This document shows positions 53,928-64,000 of a DNA stretch of 64,000 nt, in pieces. Under the pieces are notes generated by a model. That model searched no databases. It was not told the DNA's origin and was given only the letters and a program-made list of their open reading frames with translations. Within the stretch, counting starts at the first letter, position 1. The number at the start of each line of letters is the position of its first letter. The stretch is from NCBI RefSeq assembly GCF_018350175.1, contig NC_058368.1:173106001-173170000 (forward strand), given 5' to 3'. Both the position numbers and the translations under genes were made by a program. The DNA is from Felis catus (Eukaryota).

Positions 53928-55236
53928 TTATAGGGACTCAGGTTTTCTATGGTCTTCTACCATTGGGATGGGCTGGATTCCCTGGGCCACCATCAACTTG
54001 ACCTGAAACTGCTGGAGTCTAGAAGATACAAACTTTACTAACAGGTTAAACAGGTGCCAAAAATAAGTAGCAGCAAGATGGCCATTAATGGTCCTAGAAA
54101 AGGTAAGAACCAAGAGAGACCGAAGAAGGCAATTTTGATTGTTGACCATATATAGTTAGGGTCTGTCCCTTGGATGTACTGATGTAGCCAGGATGCCTGC
54201 TTATAGATGTTTCTTATATTTGCTTCAATATTCACATAGTTATTTACATAGGTTATGTTAATAATGGCAGACCCCTTCTTGTTTGGCCAGGAGATGATCT
54301 AAGGCTAAACTGTTATTCAGAAAAGCATTTGCTAGAGAAACCAAGGATTCTTGAAAGTCCTACGATTTTTCTCCTCTATTTGTAGACAACCCTTCCAAGG
54401 TCAAAGTGAGATTTCTTCAAGTCACTTCATGGTAAGTGAAGCCTCCCCAAGGGTATACCAGCTCTATAGTGGCTCCAGTTCCCACGAGGATTAGATCAAT
54501 AGCATACCTTGGCATTTATGTTGTAGCAGGTATATAGTTATTCCACCTGGAGTTATGCTGTCTATGGCACATTCTCCCTGGTGGTATATGTTAGAAACAC
54601 ATGGGTAGGCTACCACCAGTTGCAGCTTATATGTACCGTCTGAGGGAGTTTTGGAAGTTGGGGGTGGCTGAATTCCACATTAAAAAAAATGGGAACCTGG
54701 TAGTATACATGCTTTGTTGGGAATGCTTGAATTAAATTGCTTCTAGAGTTAATTTTTGGGGAGTTTATTTGAATTATTACAGTTGGGGGATAAGAGTTTA
54801 CCTCTTGGAAGGGTATTATCTTTTAATTTTACTTTATTGAAAGGTCAGAGATCACTGGTTGTTTGTTATAGTGACGTTATAGACGATAGTTTGGCATCCC
54901 TGGGCCATGCACGATGTAGACTGGACTGGAACTCGACAAGTTAAGTTTACCATAGGAGTTATATAGATACATGCGTAAGTTCCATTTTCTATTATGCAAA
55001 CTTTGAGGGTTGAATAGCTTACCCTAGTGAAAGAAGAAGGAGAAGTTGAAAGATTGCCCATCAGGAAAAATGAGTGTGAACTGTGGACTGGTCTGTGGGT
55101 GCCTATACCAGATCAAGCAGTTATAAAGATTATTTCCTGAAGCTATGAGTCTAGAGGTATTAACAAGGGAATTTCCTTGCCGTTGACCCTTGATCAGATT
55201 AGCTGGGAAGATGACTAGAGTCAACAGGAGGAACAT
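53928..55236 (-). pseudogene. Disrupted gamma-type env (signal peptide, SU, TM)
   Basis: Signal-like MFLLLTLVIFP at 55236. PWGGFTYHEVT near 54420-54455. Immunosuppressive-domain-like QESLVSLANAFLNNSLALDHLLAKQEGVC at 54267-54353. TM segment WFLPFLGPLMAILLLLIFG, then tail LFNLLVKFVSSRLQQF. Several stops and frameshifts. Confidence 0.92.
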
Positions 55237-55239
55237 TTT

Positions 55240-55741
55240 TGGAAAAAATTTGAAATTGTATTGAAATCCAAGTTAGTTAACATATAGTGTAATAATGATT
55301 TCAGGGGTAGAATTTAGTGATTCATCAATTATACGTAACACCCAGTTGTCATCCCAACAAGCGCTTTCTTTTTTTTTAAATTTTTTTTTTCAATGTTTAT
55401 TTATTTTTGGGACAGAGAGAGACAGAGCATGAACGGGGTAGAGGCAGAGAGAGAGGGAGACACAGAATCGGAAACAGGCTCCAGGCTCCGAGCCATCAGC
55501 CCAGAGCCCGATGCGGGGCTCGAACTCACGGACCGCGAGATCGTGACCTGGCTGAAGTCGGACGCTTAACCGACTGCGCCACCCAGGCGCCCCAACAAGC
55601 GCTTTCTTAAAATGCCCATCACCTATTTAGCCCATCCCCCCAACCCAACACCCCTCAGCAACCCTCAGTTTGTTCTCTGTATTTAAGAGTCTCTTATGGT
55701 TTGCCTCCCTCTCTGTTTTTATCTTGTTTTTCCTTCTCTTT
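55240..55741 (-). mobile_element. Carnivore L1 3' end inserted at the env start, itself holding a SINE (55371-55593)
   Basis: CAGGAGGAACATTTT duplicated at 55225-55239 and 55742-55756. SINE duplication AACAAGCGCTTTCTT at 55356 and 55594. Confidence 0.85.
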
Positions 55742-55908
55742 CAGGAGGAACATTTTGGTAATGGAGGCTTTCCTTTTAGACTCAAAGGGACAGAGAAGGT
55801 GCTTCTCTGGTGGGGTGGGAGTCGGGTTGAGCAAAGCTGTAGAGGGCAAGCAGAATTATGGCCCCAAAGATTGTAAATAGGAATCCATGCCACCACATTA
55901 TTTATATG

Positions 55909-56301
55909 CTATAAATTCATTTTCTTGAATAGATATTTAAAGTCTTCTAAAGGCTCAAAGGAGTAGCATGATTCTAGGTCTTCCGGATAGGCCTGTGGAT
56001 ATTCAGGAGAAAGGAATTTCAATCTGGAAAGATGTACCCAATTAGGGACTCCTTGTAAGTTGACTGCAGTTAGAGTGGCCAGGATTGCTCTGTAGGGACC
56101 CTTCCATTTAGGCAACAGTTGGTTCTCTGGGCAGTTTCCTTTCCAAGTTCTAAGAAGGACCTGATCTCGTGGGTTAACTTGTAGAGGGGTTGCCCTCTCT
56201 GCCTCATTCTTGGTGGGGGCTGGCAGTATTTTGTTTGCAAAGTCTGTGATTGTTTTATGTACTTGACCTAAATTAATAATATATTGTAAGCTCTGGCTCA
56301 C
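55909..56301 (-). pseudogene. Class I ERV pol remnant (integrase C-terminal region)
   Basis: ORF contains VLLRTWK...QLLPKWKGPYRAILATLTAVNLQGVPNWVHLSRLK, matching the W-x-GPY...WVHxSRLK integrase tail of gammaretrovirus-like elements. Confidence 0.9.
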
Positions 56302-56348
56302 GTCTCTAACAGCAGTTGTCTAATCTGAGATTCATGAGTCTCCTGAAA

Positions 56349-56910
56349 TGAAACAGAGCAGGGACTAAACTCAGGTCCCTTCAATCCTCACAACAAAATC
56401 CAGCATTCCTTGGCTGTCTCCATAAAAAGAAAAGCTGAAATTCTATGCCTACTGAGTAGTATAACTTGCAGAAATGTGGAAACAAGATGTTCACAGAAAG
56501 GAGAGAGGCAACTATGAAGACTGGGAAGACTGGATAAAACCAGTCTGTGCTAAGATGGACAGCAACACAGACTTTCATGGGCTTTTCACACTTATAATAC
56601 TAAAAATCCCACGGAAGGATGCAGATTTTACAAGCTAATTAGATATTCAAGGCTTGAAGGATCATGGCCTTTAAGTGCCTACGTGTCAAGAATTCCACCC
56701 CCCTCCCCCATGCTTAACCATTACCCTCTACCCGACTAAGCCTCTTGAAAGCTCTCCCTGACCTCTCTTTGGGGAGCTACCTGAAGATTCTTTCCTTTGT
56801 GTTGTCTTCCTTGTGCTGTAGCATAAGCCCCAATAAAGCCTTGTCTGTAACTCCTATTTGACCTGTTGTCAATTTCTATTTAGTGAACCCAAGGGCTCTT
56901 TTCAGCATCA
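56349..56910 (+). mobile_element. Full-length ERV1 LTR, same family as 53381-53790, opposite orientation
   Basis: TG...CA ends and AATAAA at 56832-56837. The ORF track shows homologous pseudo-peptides on opposite strands (53572..53754 + and 56381..56578 -). Confidence 0.88.
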
Positions 56911-57286
56911 GGGTTAGAGGAGGCAAAGGAAGAAATTGTTGAGCGAGGTTTTGGAGGATCAGTTGGAGGTGTGACTTGGGAGGATAAGAAAAGGATATTT
57001 CAGAATTAGATGTTACAGAAAATGTTAAGAATAATGTAACTAGTTCCATTACCCAACTGTTAACATTTTGTTATATTTATTTTTAGGTTTCTTCTTTTTA
57101 AAAAAAAGAAATCATGACAAATCTATCTGAAGTCCTGTTTATCCCCCTCTCCAATCCATCCTGACTTCCACCCCCTCCTCCTGCCCTTATATTATTAGGG
57201 TGCTTATCTGCATATCCATCTAGTTCATTTTCTATAACTTACACACATATGTTTCCCATAATCAGTATATACTGTGATTCTGTGTA

Positions 57287-58478
57287 CAGTAAAACCTTGG
57301 TTTGCAAGCATAAATTGTTACAGAAACATGCTTATAATCCAAAGCACTTATATATCAAAGTGAATTTTCCCATAAGAAATAATGGAAACTCAAATGGTTT
57401 GTTCCACAACTGGAAAATATTCACAGAAAAATGATTACACTACTACAATATGGTACAAAATAATAAAGAAAATACAAAAGACAAATAAATCAACCTGCAC
57501 TTACTTTTTGAAAACCTTGGCTGGTGTGAGGGAGATAAGAGAGAGGAGAGTTATTGTATAGGATGACTTTCACTATCACTAACGGAATCACTTCTATCTA
57601 TTGGCTCAATTGAATCTTTTTCTTTTCGTGCAACTTTAACAAGGAACCTATCCAATGACACTTGCTTTTGCCTCCTTTTGAGTATTTCGTAGAAATGTAA
57701 ACTTGCACTGTCGTTAAACAGGTTCATTGCTTGCACTGCTACAGCTTTATTCAGGTGGTGATTTTCTACAAAATTTTGCATTGTTTCCCACTCTTTACAC
57801 ATCTTCCTAATCTCATTTAAAGTGAGGGATTCTTCAGCCTTTTCCTCCTCCTCTGGGGGTAAGATGCAGACGTAGAGTTATAAAATCTTGCAATTTTGGC
57901 TATTAGCATACCTTGTTTCTACCTCTCAATGATTTACTTCTTAACTTCCACCACAATCATCTCCTTCTTCCTACCGCCTTTCTTTTCAACCTTGTTCTGC
58001 CTGGGGGCCATTGTATATGCTTGCAAGGATGTTGACTACTCTTGTCATATACTGTATTTAATGTAACTGGCAATAAGGCAGCAGAGGAAGGAGTCTATAT
58101 CTGCAGGCAGCCTGACCTAGAATGAAGCAAAGCATTCCTAAACTTACCCTTGCATGAAAAAGCAAAGGACTGTCTATAGGTGCTTTGAAGTGACAAAAAA
58201 TACACTAGTGCCAGTTGTGGGCACTTTCCAACATTTTGAAAAATCACTAATTTCTACCAAACACCAAGGCCTTAGACAGAACATCTGAGCATGGGAGATG
58301 ATCACCCACAATATCAAAGAGAGAAAGAGAGAGAGAAAAGAACCATTGGCTCAGCTGTGATCACATGACATTTAGCATCATGTACAACTTGTATTGGAAG
58401 ACATTGCTAAATTTATTAGAAATGTTTGTTTAGCAGAACACTTGCAGAGCAAGTTACTCCCAGTTTAAGGTTTCACTG
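57287..58478 (-). mobile_element. pogo/Tigger-type DNA transposon, internally deleted
   Basis: TA duplication at 57285-57286 and 58479-58480. Imperfect TIRs CAGT(A/G)AAACCTT. Decayed HTH-like N-terminus from ATG 58011 joined to a C-terminal piece ILKRRQKQVSLDRFLVK (57551-57802). Confidence 0.85.
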
Positions 58479-58999
58479 TATTTTAAATCCATTTCACAGT
58501 GCACATATTTGTTGGTATGTTTCTATTTATAACTCTTATGAGCTATTAAATGTTGATAGTATAGGACTCACTTATTAGTTTTATTTGTTGTCAGTATTTT
58601 ATTGTAGGAACATATCACGTTTTATTCCTCTGTTTTATTGCACATTTCTGTTTACATTTTTCACAAGGAAGCAGGCTAGAAGATGGGTTTGTCTTCTTGT
58701 TCACACCTGTAGGAGTTTCTTTCTGTATTTTTCTAGACATGAGGTTGCTGGGTCATAAAACATACCTTTTAAATTTCACCAAAGTGGCTGTTCTAATTTT
58801 ATACCTCCACGGTACCGAAGAGTTTCTGTTTCTCAGTTTCCCTCCCTTTCTCAAAACCATCAGATTGTAACATTTACTATCAGGTGATAGTTTTCAAGTG
58901 GTCATATGAACAGACAATTTCAATATAATTCTACGTGAAAAGAAAGGGCCAGAGGAGGCTTGGTGTGGCAGAAAAGACTTTGAAGGGGTTCACTGCAGT

Positions 59000-60010
59000 G
59001 TTTCGAGCGCCTGTTACCCTTTGGTTTCCCTCAACGTGTAAAAAAAAATGACACAACGAAAGAGAACACTGCAAAACGCCGGGAGGGCAAGATCTGTGTT
59101 CCAATCTCAAATCCGACTCCTTCTTGGCGAGCCCCAGCCCTCGTGCAGTGGTACGACCTGGCAGCGGATTCCCCCCGCGGTGCGGATTGGTTCCGTCCCC
59201 AGACGCCGGCGCCTGCGCTCCCACCAGCCCAAGAGCGCGACTCCTCCCCTCCTCCCCGCGGTGCCTCAGCTTTGCGCGCGCGCCGGCCCCGCGCTCCTGA
59301 CGCGCTGCGGACGCTCGCGACCCGCAGCGCCCCGGGGGAGGGGCTGGGCTGAGGGCTGACGGCCGGTCGGTGAGTACCTGCCGCCTCCACACACCTCCAG
59401 CCCGCTGTCTTCTCTCCTCCTCCTTTCTCTTACGGGGGCCGCGGCCCGCCCTTCACCCGAGGGGCGCCGCTGACGCTGGATAGGGCCCTCTCGGCGCAGC
59501 GACTGATCTCTCCGGACGCCGAGGTGGCCCCTCAGGCTGTTGGGTGGGCGTCTCTGGACGCCGGGGTGGGAACACAGGATGCGGGCGGGCGCCTCCCGAC
59601 GCGAGAGTGGGGCCCTTTGGTACACCAGGGTGGGCCGTAGGGACTTCGCTGGGCGCCTCCTGACGCGGTGGTGGCCTTCCTCCCTTAGGTGCCAGGCCTG
59701 ACCCCCCACCCCCTGCCGCCGCTCCCCCCTACCCCCCCCCCCCGCGGCCTCTCCCCCCCCTGCGCCGGGGGGTGCGGCCTTTATCTTCCTGGGCGTTCCT
59801 TCGTTATTTCTCGTGCGACGATGGGCTCTTGACCCCGCCCGTCCCTCGAAAGCGTCTTCCTCACGCTGAACTCCCCGGGAGGCAGCTCAGTCCTCGCCGT
59901 GTCCCCCCCACGGGGCCCCACAGCCCGGACCTCTACCGGAGCTAGGGCCACCGGGCCCCTCCGCTGCCCCCCCCCCCCCCTTCGGGCCAGGCTACCGTTC
60001 AGTTGCGGAG
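59000..60010. promoter_or_regulatory. CpG-island promoter, most likely of UIMC1 (RAP80)
   Basis: Very high CpG density. CCAAT at 59101-59105, ATTGG at 59186-59190, several TGACGC half-sites. Gene identity comes from the known head-to-head UIMC1-ZNF346 synteny. Confidence 0.85.
59270..59369 (+). other. UIMC1: Probable non-coding first exon of UIMC1 (start approximate)
   Basis: Consensus donor TCG|GTGAGT at 59369/59370 inside the island, downstream of the CCAAT boxes and pointing away from ZNF346. No UIMC1 coding sequence is in the window, so the symbol rests on synteny. Confidence 0.6.
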
Positions 60011-60739
60011 TGATTAGTTATTTGCTCAGAAAAAAATCTGTTCCTTGGAAATCTTTATTGTTTGCCACTTTCCCCTCTAACGGAACTGATGTTTCTTTCT
60101 GTATGTTGACAGTGTTTCAAGCTTGTTACACGTACACATTTATAGATCATCTTAACGACACTTATATGAAATAGGTACTATTCTAAGTTTACAGATGAGG
60201 TAACCTGTCTGACTGTTTTGAGCTAACCTGTAGGGCCGTTTTGAATCCAGTCAGCCTAATGTTCTTGTATTTAGTCACTGTATCATACTGAGATATAAGT
60301 AATGTCCAGGAAAAAGTGAAAGTTTTATGCTTCTGTATTTTTTTTCTGTCGGGAGCTAGTGCTTTGTAGATGAATCAAAGAATGTGTTTTTGGAATCAGG
60401 CATATCGAGCTGCAGTTCACAACATATCCATTTACCAACCTAGGAACTTGCCAATTGTTTGATTTTGAGTAAGTTTACAAACATTAAAATACTGATAAAA
60501 ATCGTTAAAATAATGATTAGTGATAAATAGTGTAAAATAGTGAATCCTACCACATATAGTTATTGGGAAGATAACCTTTATAATGTGTGTGAGGTACCAA
60601 GAATAGTGTCCCAGGACTCCATAAATAACTATAATTATCACTCAAAATGCGTTTGGAGTTTGTTGTTACACACTTATCCTGAGGCCGAGAATAAAGAATA
60701 AGTGTGTGTGTGTGTTTGTAAAGGTATTTACCTTTTTTA

Positions 60740-61379
60740 CTTTTTTTTTTTTATGTTTATTTATTTTTGGGACAGAGAGAGACAGAGTATGAACGGGGGA
60801 GGGGCAGAGAGAGAGGGAGACACAGAATCTGAAACAGGCTCCAGGCTCTGAGCCATCAGCCCAGAGCCCGACGCGGGGCTCGAACTCCCGGACCGCGAGA
60901 TCGTGACCTGGCTGAAGTCGGACGCTTAACCGACTGCGCCACCCAGGCGCCCCAAGTATTTACCTTTTTTAAAAAAATGTTTTATTTCTTTTTGAGAGAG
61001 TGAGACAGTGTATGTCTGTGGGGGAGGGGCAGAGAGCGAGGGAGACAGAAGATCGAAATTGGGCTCTGCCCCACCTCACAAATTGTGAGATCATGACCTG
61101 AGCCAAAATTGGAGGCTGGGCAGAGACAACCAGGGGCCCCCATTTACCTTTTTTTTTTTTTTAAAGATTTTTTTTTCAATGTTTATTTATTTTTGGGACA
61201 GAAAGAGACAGAGCATGAACGGGGGAGGGGCAGAGAGAGAGCGAGACACAGAATCGGAAACAGGCTCCAGCCTCTGAGCCATCAGCCCAGAGCCCGACGC
61301 GGGGCTCGAACTCACGGACCGCGAGATCGTGACCTGGCTGAAGTCGGACACTTAACCGACTGCGCCACCCAGGCGCCCC
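60740..61379 (-). mobile_element. Three Can-SINEs (young copies 60740-60953 and 61170-61379, an older one between)
   Basis: SINE consensus with TACCTTTTT-type duplications. Confidence 0.92.
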
Positions 61380-61667
61380 TACCTTTTTTTTTAAAAACAA
61401 GGAAACAATCTGTGAAATCAGGTGCTAAAGAGGTTGGTACCACATTTCTTGAATAGTGACTTAATAACTTATAGTCAGTCATTCATAAAGAATTGTTAAG
61501 GTCCCTGTGTCCTTAAGCTTTCAAAGCAGGTTTGGTAGGTAGAATGTCAAGATTTAAAATTATATTTTCAGTGATTGTTCTTCAGATAGATAAAGATGAT
61601 AGATGTGCTTAAAGAAAATGACAAATAGTATCCCAAATTGGATAGTACCAAAAAAAGCTACGTGAGA

Positions 61668-61668
<1 letters not shown>

Positions 61669-61707
<39 letters not shown>
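61669..61707 (+). repeat. (AAT)n microsatellite
   Basis: Seen directly. Confidence 0.95.
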
Positions 61708-61710
<3 letters not shown>

Positions 61711-63140
61711 GAAACCACGTCTCATTGCATCACCTTTACTGCTTGTACATTCTTTTAGAGACATTTTGTTCCTGTCATAATTAAGATGAGGCTTTTGGCC
61801 TCTAGGCTCTATTTTTCCTTCACAGTTAGTGGTAATTCATTCTATAGCCTCAGTTCAAATAATTGAAGATAAGCCATTATTTTAGTGAGTTCTTTATTTT
61901 GAAGGGTAGCAACTTAAATAAATAGTAACTGAGCTATGTGTTGGCCTGTGTGTTTATATTGGCCAAACAGTGGGGCACCTGGATGGCTAAGTTGGTTGGG
62001 CATCCAACTTCGGCACAGGTCATGATCTCGAGGTTCACAAGTTAGAACCCGGAGTCCAGCTCTGTGCTGACAGCTCAGAGCCTGGAGCCTGCTTCAGATT
62101 CTTTGTCTCCCTCTTTCTCTCTCTCTGCCCCTCCCCTGCTCACGCTCTGTCTCTCTCAGAAATAAACATTAAAAAAAATTAAATTGGCCAACCAATGCCT
62201 TGTTTTTACTCTTAGAGTTACTGTGGAGCAAAGTGGCTACATCTCATGAAGCACTGAATTTTGGAGTCTGTATCTGTGGGGTGCCTTTACTTAATGCTTC
62301 TTACCTATGTCTTATCTGCTTAATTCTTTGAAAACCCACTTTGAGACTACAGGTGGTTCTGTGCTACAGAAAAGGGTTTTTATTTACTCATCTTTAAGAA
62401 ATACATATATATTTGGTGGTATAGCTATTCTTCATGTCAGATTTGAGCAATTTTGTTTAAATAACTCTAGGGTACAGAAAACATTTAATAAGATGAAAGC
62501 TATTCCATATAAGATGTTTTCCTGGGGCACCGTGATTCCTTGAGAATTCTCTCAAACTAATTCCGACATCCAGGTTTTACCTATGCTATTCAACCTGTAA
62601 TAATTTTATCCTTTTATGCCTTTTTGTAGTATTTAATAATTTAAATATATACATTAAGCTGTTCATTCAGCACATATTTATGTGTGCATACCATATATTA
62701 GGTAGCAGTTTTAGTTAGAAGAGGTGTAAAGATTAAGTTATAGAGTATTGGAGTCAGGTGACAGAATTGCAAGTGCCTGCTTTGTAACTTTGGACAAGTT
62801 ACTTTTCTGTACTTATGCTTCCTAGTAATAATTATATATACTTCTTAGGTTTTTATGAAGATTAACTAATTAAGAATATTTTTGGACCATCAGGGCACGT
62901 AGGTGGCTCAGTTGGTTAAGCATCTGACTCGATTTTTAGCTTAGGTCATCATCTCAGGGTTGTGAGATTGAGCCCCACGTTGGGCTCCGTGCTGGGTGTG
63001 GAGCCGGCTTCAAATTCTCTCCCTCCCTCCCTCTCTCTCTCTGCCCCTCCCCCCTCTAAAAAATAAATAAATTTAAAAAGTTAAAAATATCTATCTTGGG
63101 ACCCTTGAATTGCCGTGTGAATTTTAGGATCAGCTTGTTG

Positions 63141-63144
<4 letters not shown>

Positions 63145-63187
<43 letters not shown>
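63145..63187 (+). repeat. (CA)n microsatellite
   Basis: Seen directly. Confidence 0.95.
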
Positions 63188-63189
<2 letters not shown>

Positions 63190-63769
63190 GAACCAGGATT
63201 TTATTAGGTACTGTATTGAATTGATATGTTAGTTTAAAGAGTATTGCCATCTTTGGGGCTCCTGGGTGGCTCAGTCAGTTAAGTGTCCGACTTGGGCTCG
63301 GGTCATGATGTCACGGTCTGTAAGTTCGAGCTCTGCATTGGGCTCTGTGCTGTCAGTTCAGAGCTTGAGCTTGTTTCAGATTCTGTGTCTCCCTCTCTCT
63401 CTGCTCCTCCCCCACTCACTCTCAAAATATGAATAAACATTAAAAAAATAAAAAATGAAATATTAAAGAGTATTACCATATGAAATCTTTTGATCTTTGA
63501 GCGTGGGATGTTTTTCATTTTTTAGATCTCTCATTTCTTTAAAAAATGATTTGTAGCTTTCAGAGTATAAGTTTTGCATGTCTTCTGTTAGGTAAAGTTA
63601 GTCCTTATGATGCTATTGTAAATGGAATTGTTTTCTCAACTTTATTTTCACATTGCTCATTTTGAATGTATAGAAATAGTTTTATTTATTGATTTTGTAT
63701 TCTGCAGCCTTGCCAAACTTGTGTATTCTGATGGTTTTCTTTTTAAAAAAATTTTTTAACGTTTATTTA

Positions 63770-63995
63770 TTTTTTTTTTAAATTTTTTTTTCAATGTTTA
63801 TTCATTTTTGGGACAGAGAGAGACAGAGCATGAACGGGCGAGGGGCAGAGAGAGAGGGAGACACAGAATCGGAAACAGGCTCCAGGCTCTGAGCCATCAG
63901 CCCAGAGCCTGACGCGGGGCTCGAACTCCCGGACCGCGAGATCGTGACCTGGCTGAAGTCGGACGCTTAACCGACTGCGCCACCCAGGCGCCCCC
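63770..63995 (-). mobile_element. Young SINEC_Fc-type SINE, apparently inserted in the tail of another SINE
   Basis: TAACG seen on both sides (~63757 and 63996). Confidence 0.9.
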
Positions 63996-64000
63996 TAACG

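Noticed and set aside
53928..55236. Candidate syncytin or co-opted env gene
   Set aside because: Several stops and frameshifts, no intact furin site, decayed CxxC and CX6CC motifs, and an L1 insertion at the start.
50830..56910. Simple autointegration inversion circle as the explanation of the ERV structure
   Set aside because: That model predicts gag inverted relative to env and a PBS after the inverted LTR. Here gag is co-oriented with env and no PBS follows 56910.
57551..57802. Domesticated TIGD-like gene
   Set aside because: Only a C-terminal fragment is open. The N-terminal part has stops, the catalytic core is deleted, and TIRs and TA duplication mark it as an ordinary insertion.
58931..59709. 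100-150 aa ORFs on both strands of the second CpG island
   Set aside because: Low-complexity Arg/Gly/Pro/Ala products expected from GC content. None resembles RAP80 or any domain I recognise.
1..64000. CRISPR array or prokaryote-type system suggested by recurrent ~200-bp repeats
   Set aside because: The repeats are dispersed SINEs with individual target duplications in mammalian DNA, with no regular repeat-spacer period.

Overview
Felid (cat-family) genomic DNA, judged by the dense SINEC_Fc-type Can-SINEs and felid/carnivore L1 3' ends. The minus strand carries coding exons 1-4 of ZNF346 (JAZ, dsRNA-binding zinc-finger protein), all with GT-AG boundaries. Its CpG-island promoter at ~17.2 kb holds two TCTCGCGAG(A/G) elements. 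A second CpG island at ~59-60 kb, with a + strand donor, is probably the non-coding first exon of the head-to-head neighbour UIMC1 (RAP80); this call rests on synteny only. The ~42 kb between them is almost all transposable elements. The most unusual structure is a decayed class I ERV at ~50.8-56.9 kb ordered pol-env-LTR-PBS(Arg)-leader-gag, i.e. permuted around one internal LTR, with a second inverted LTR, all inside what looks like one L2 element. I found no credible novel protein-coding gene or RNA gene. Repeat boundaries and family names were assigned by eye and are approximate.
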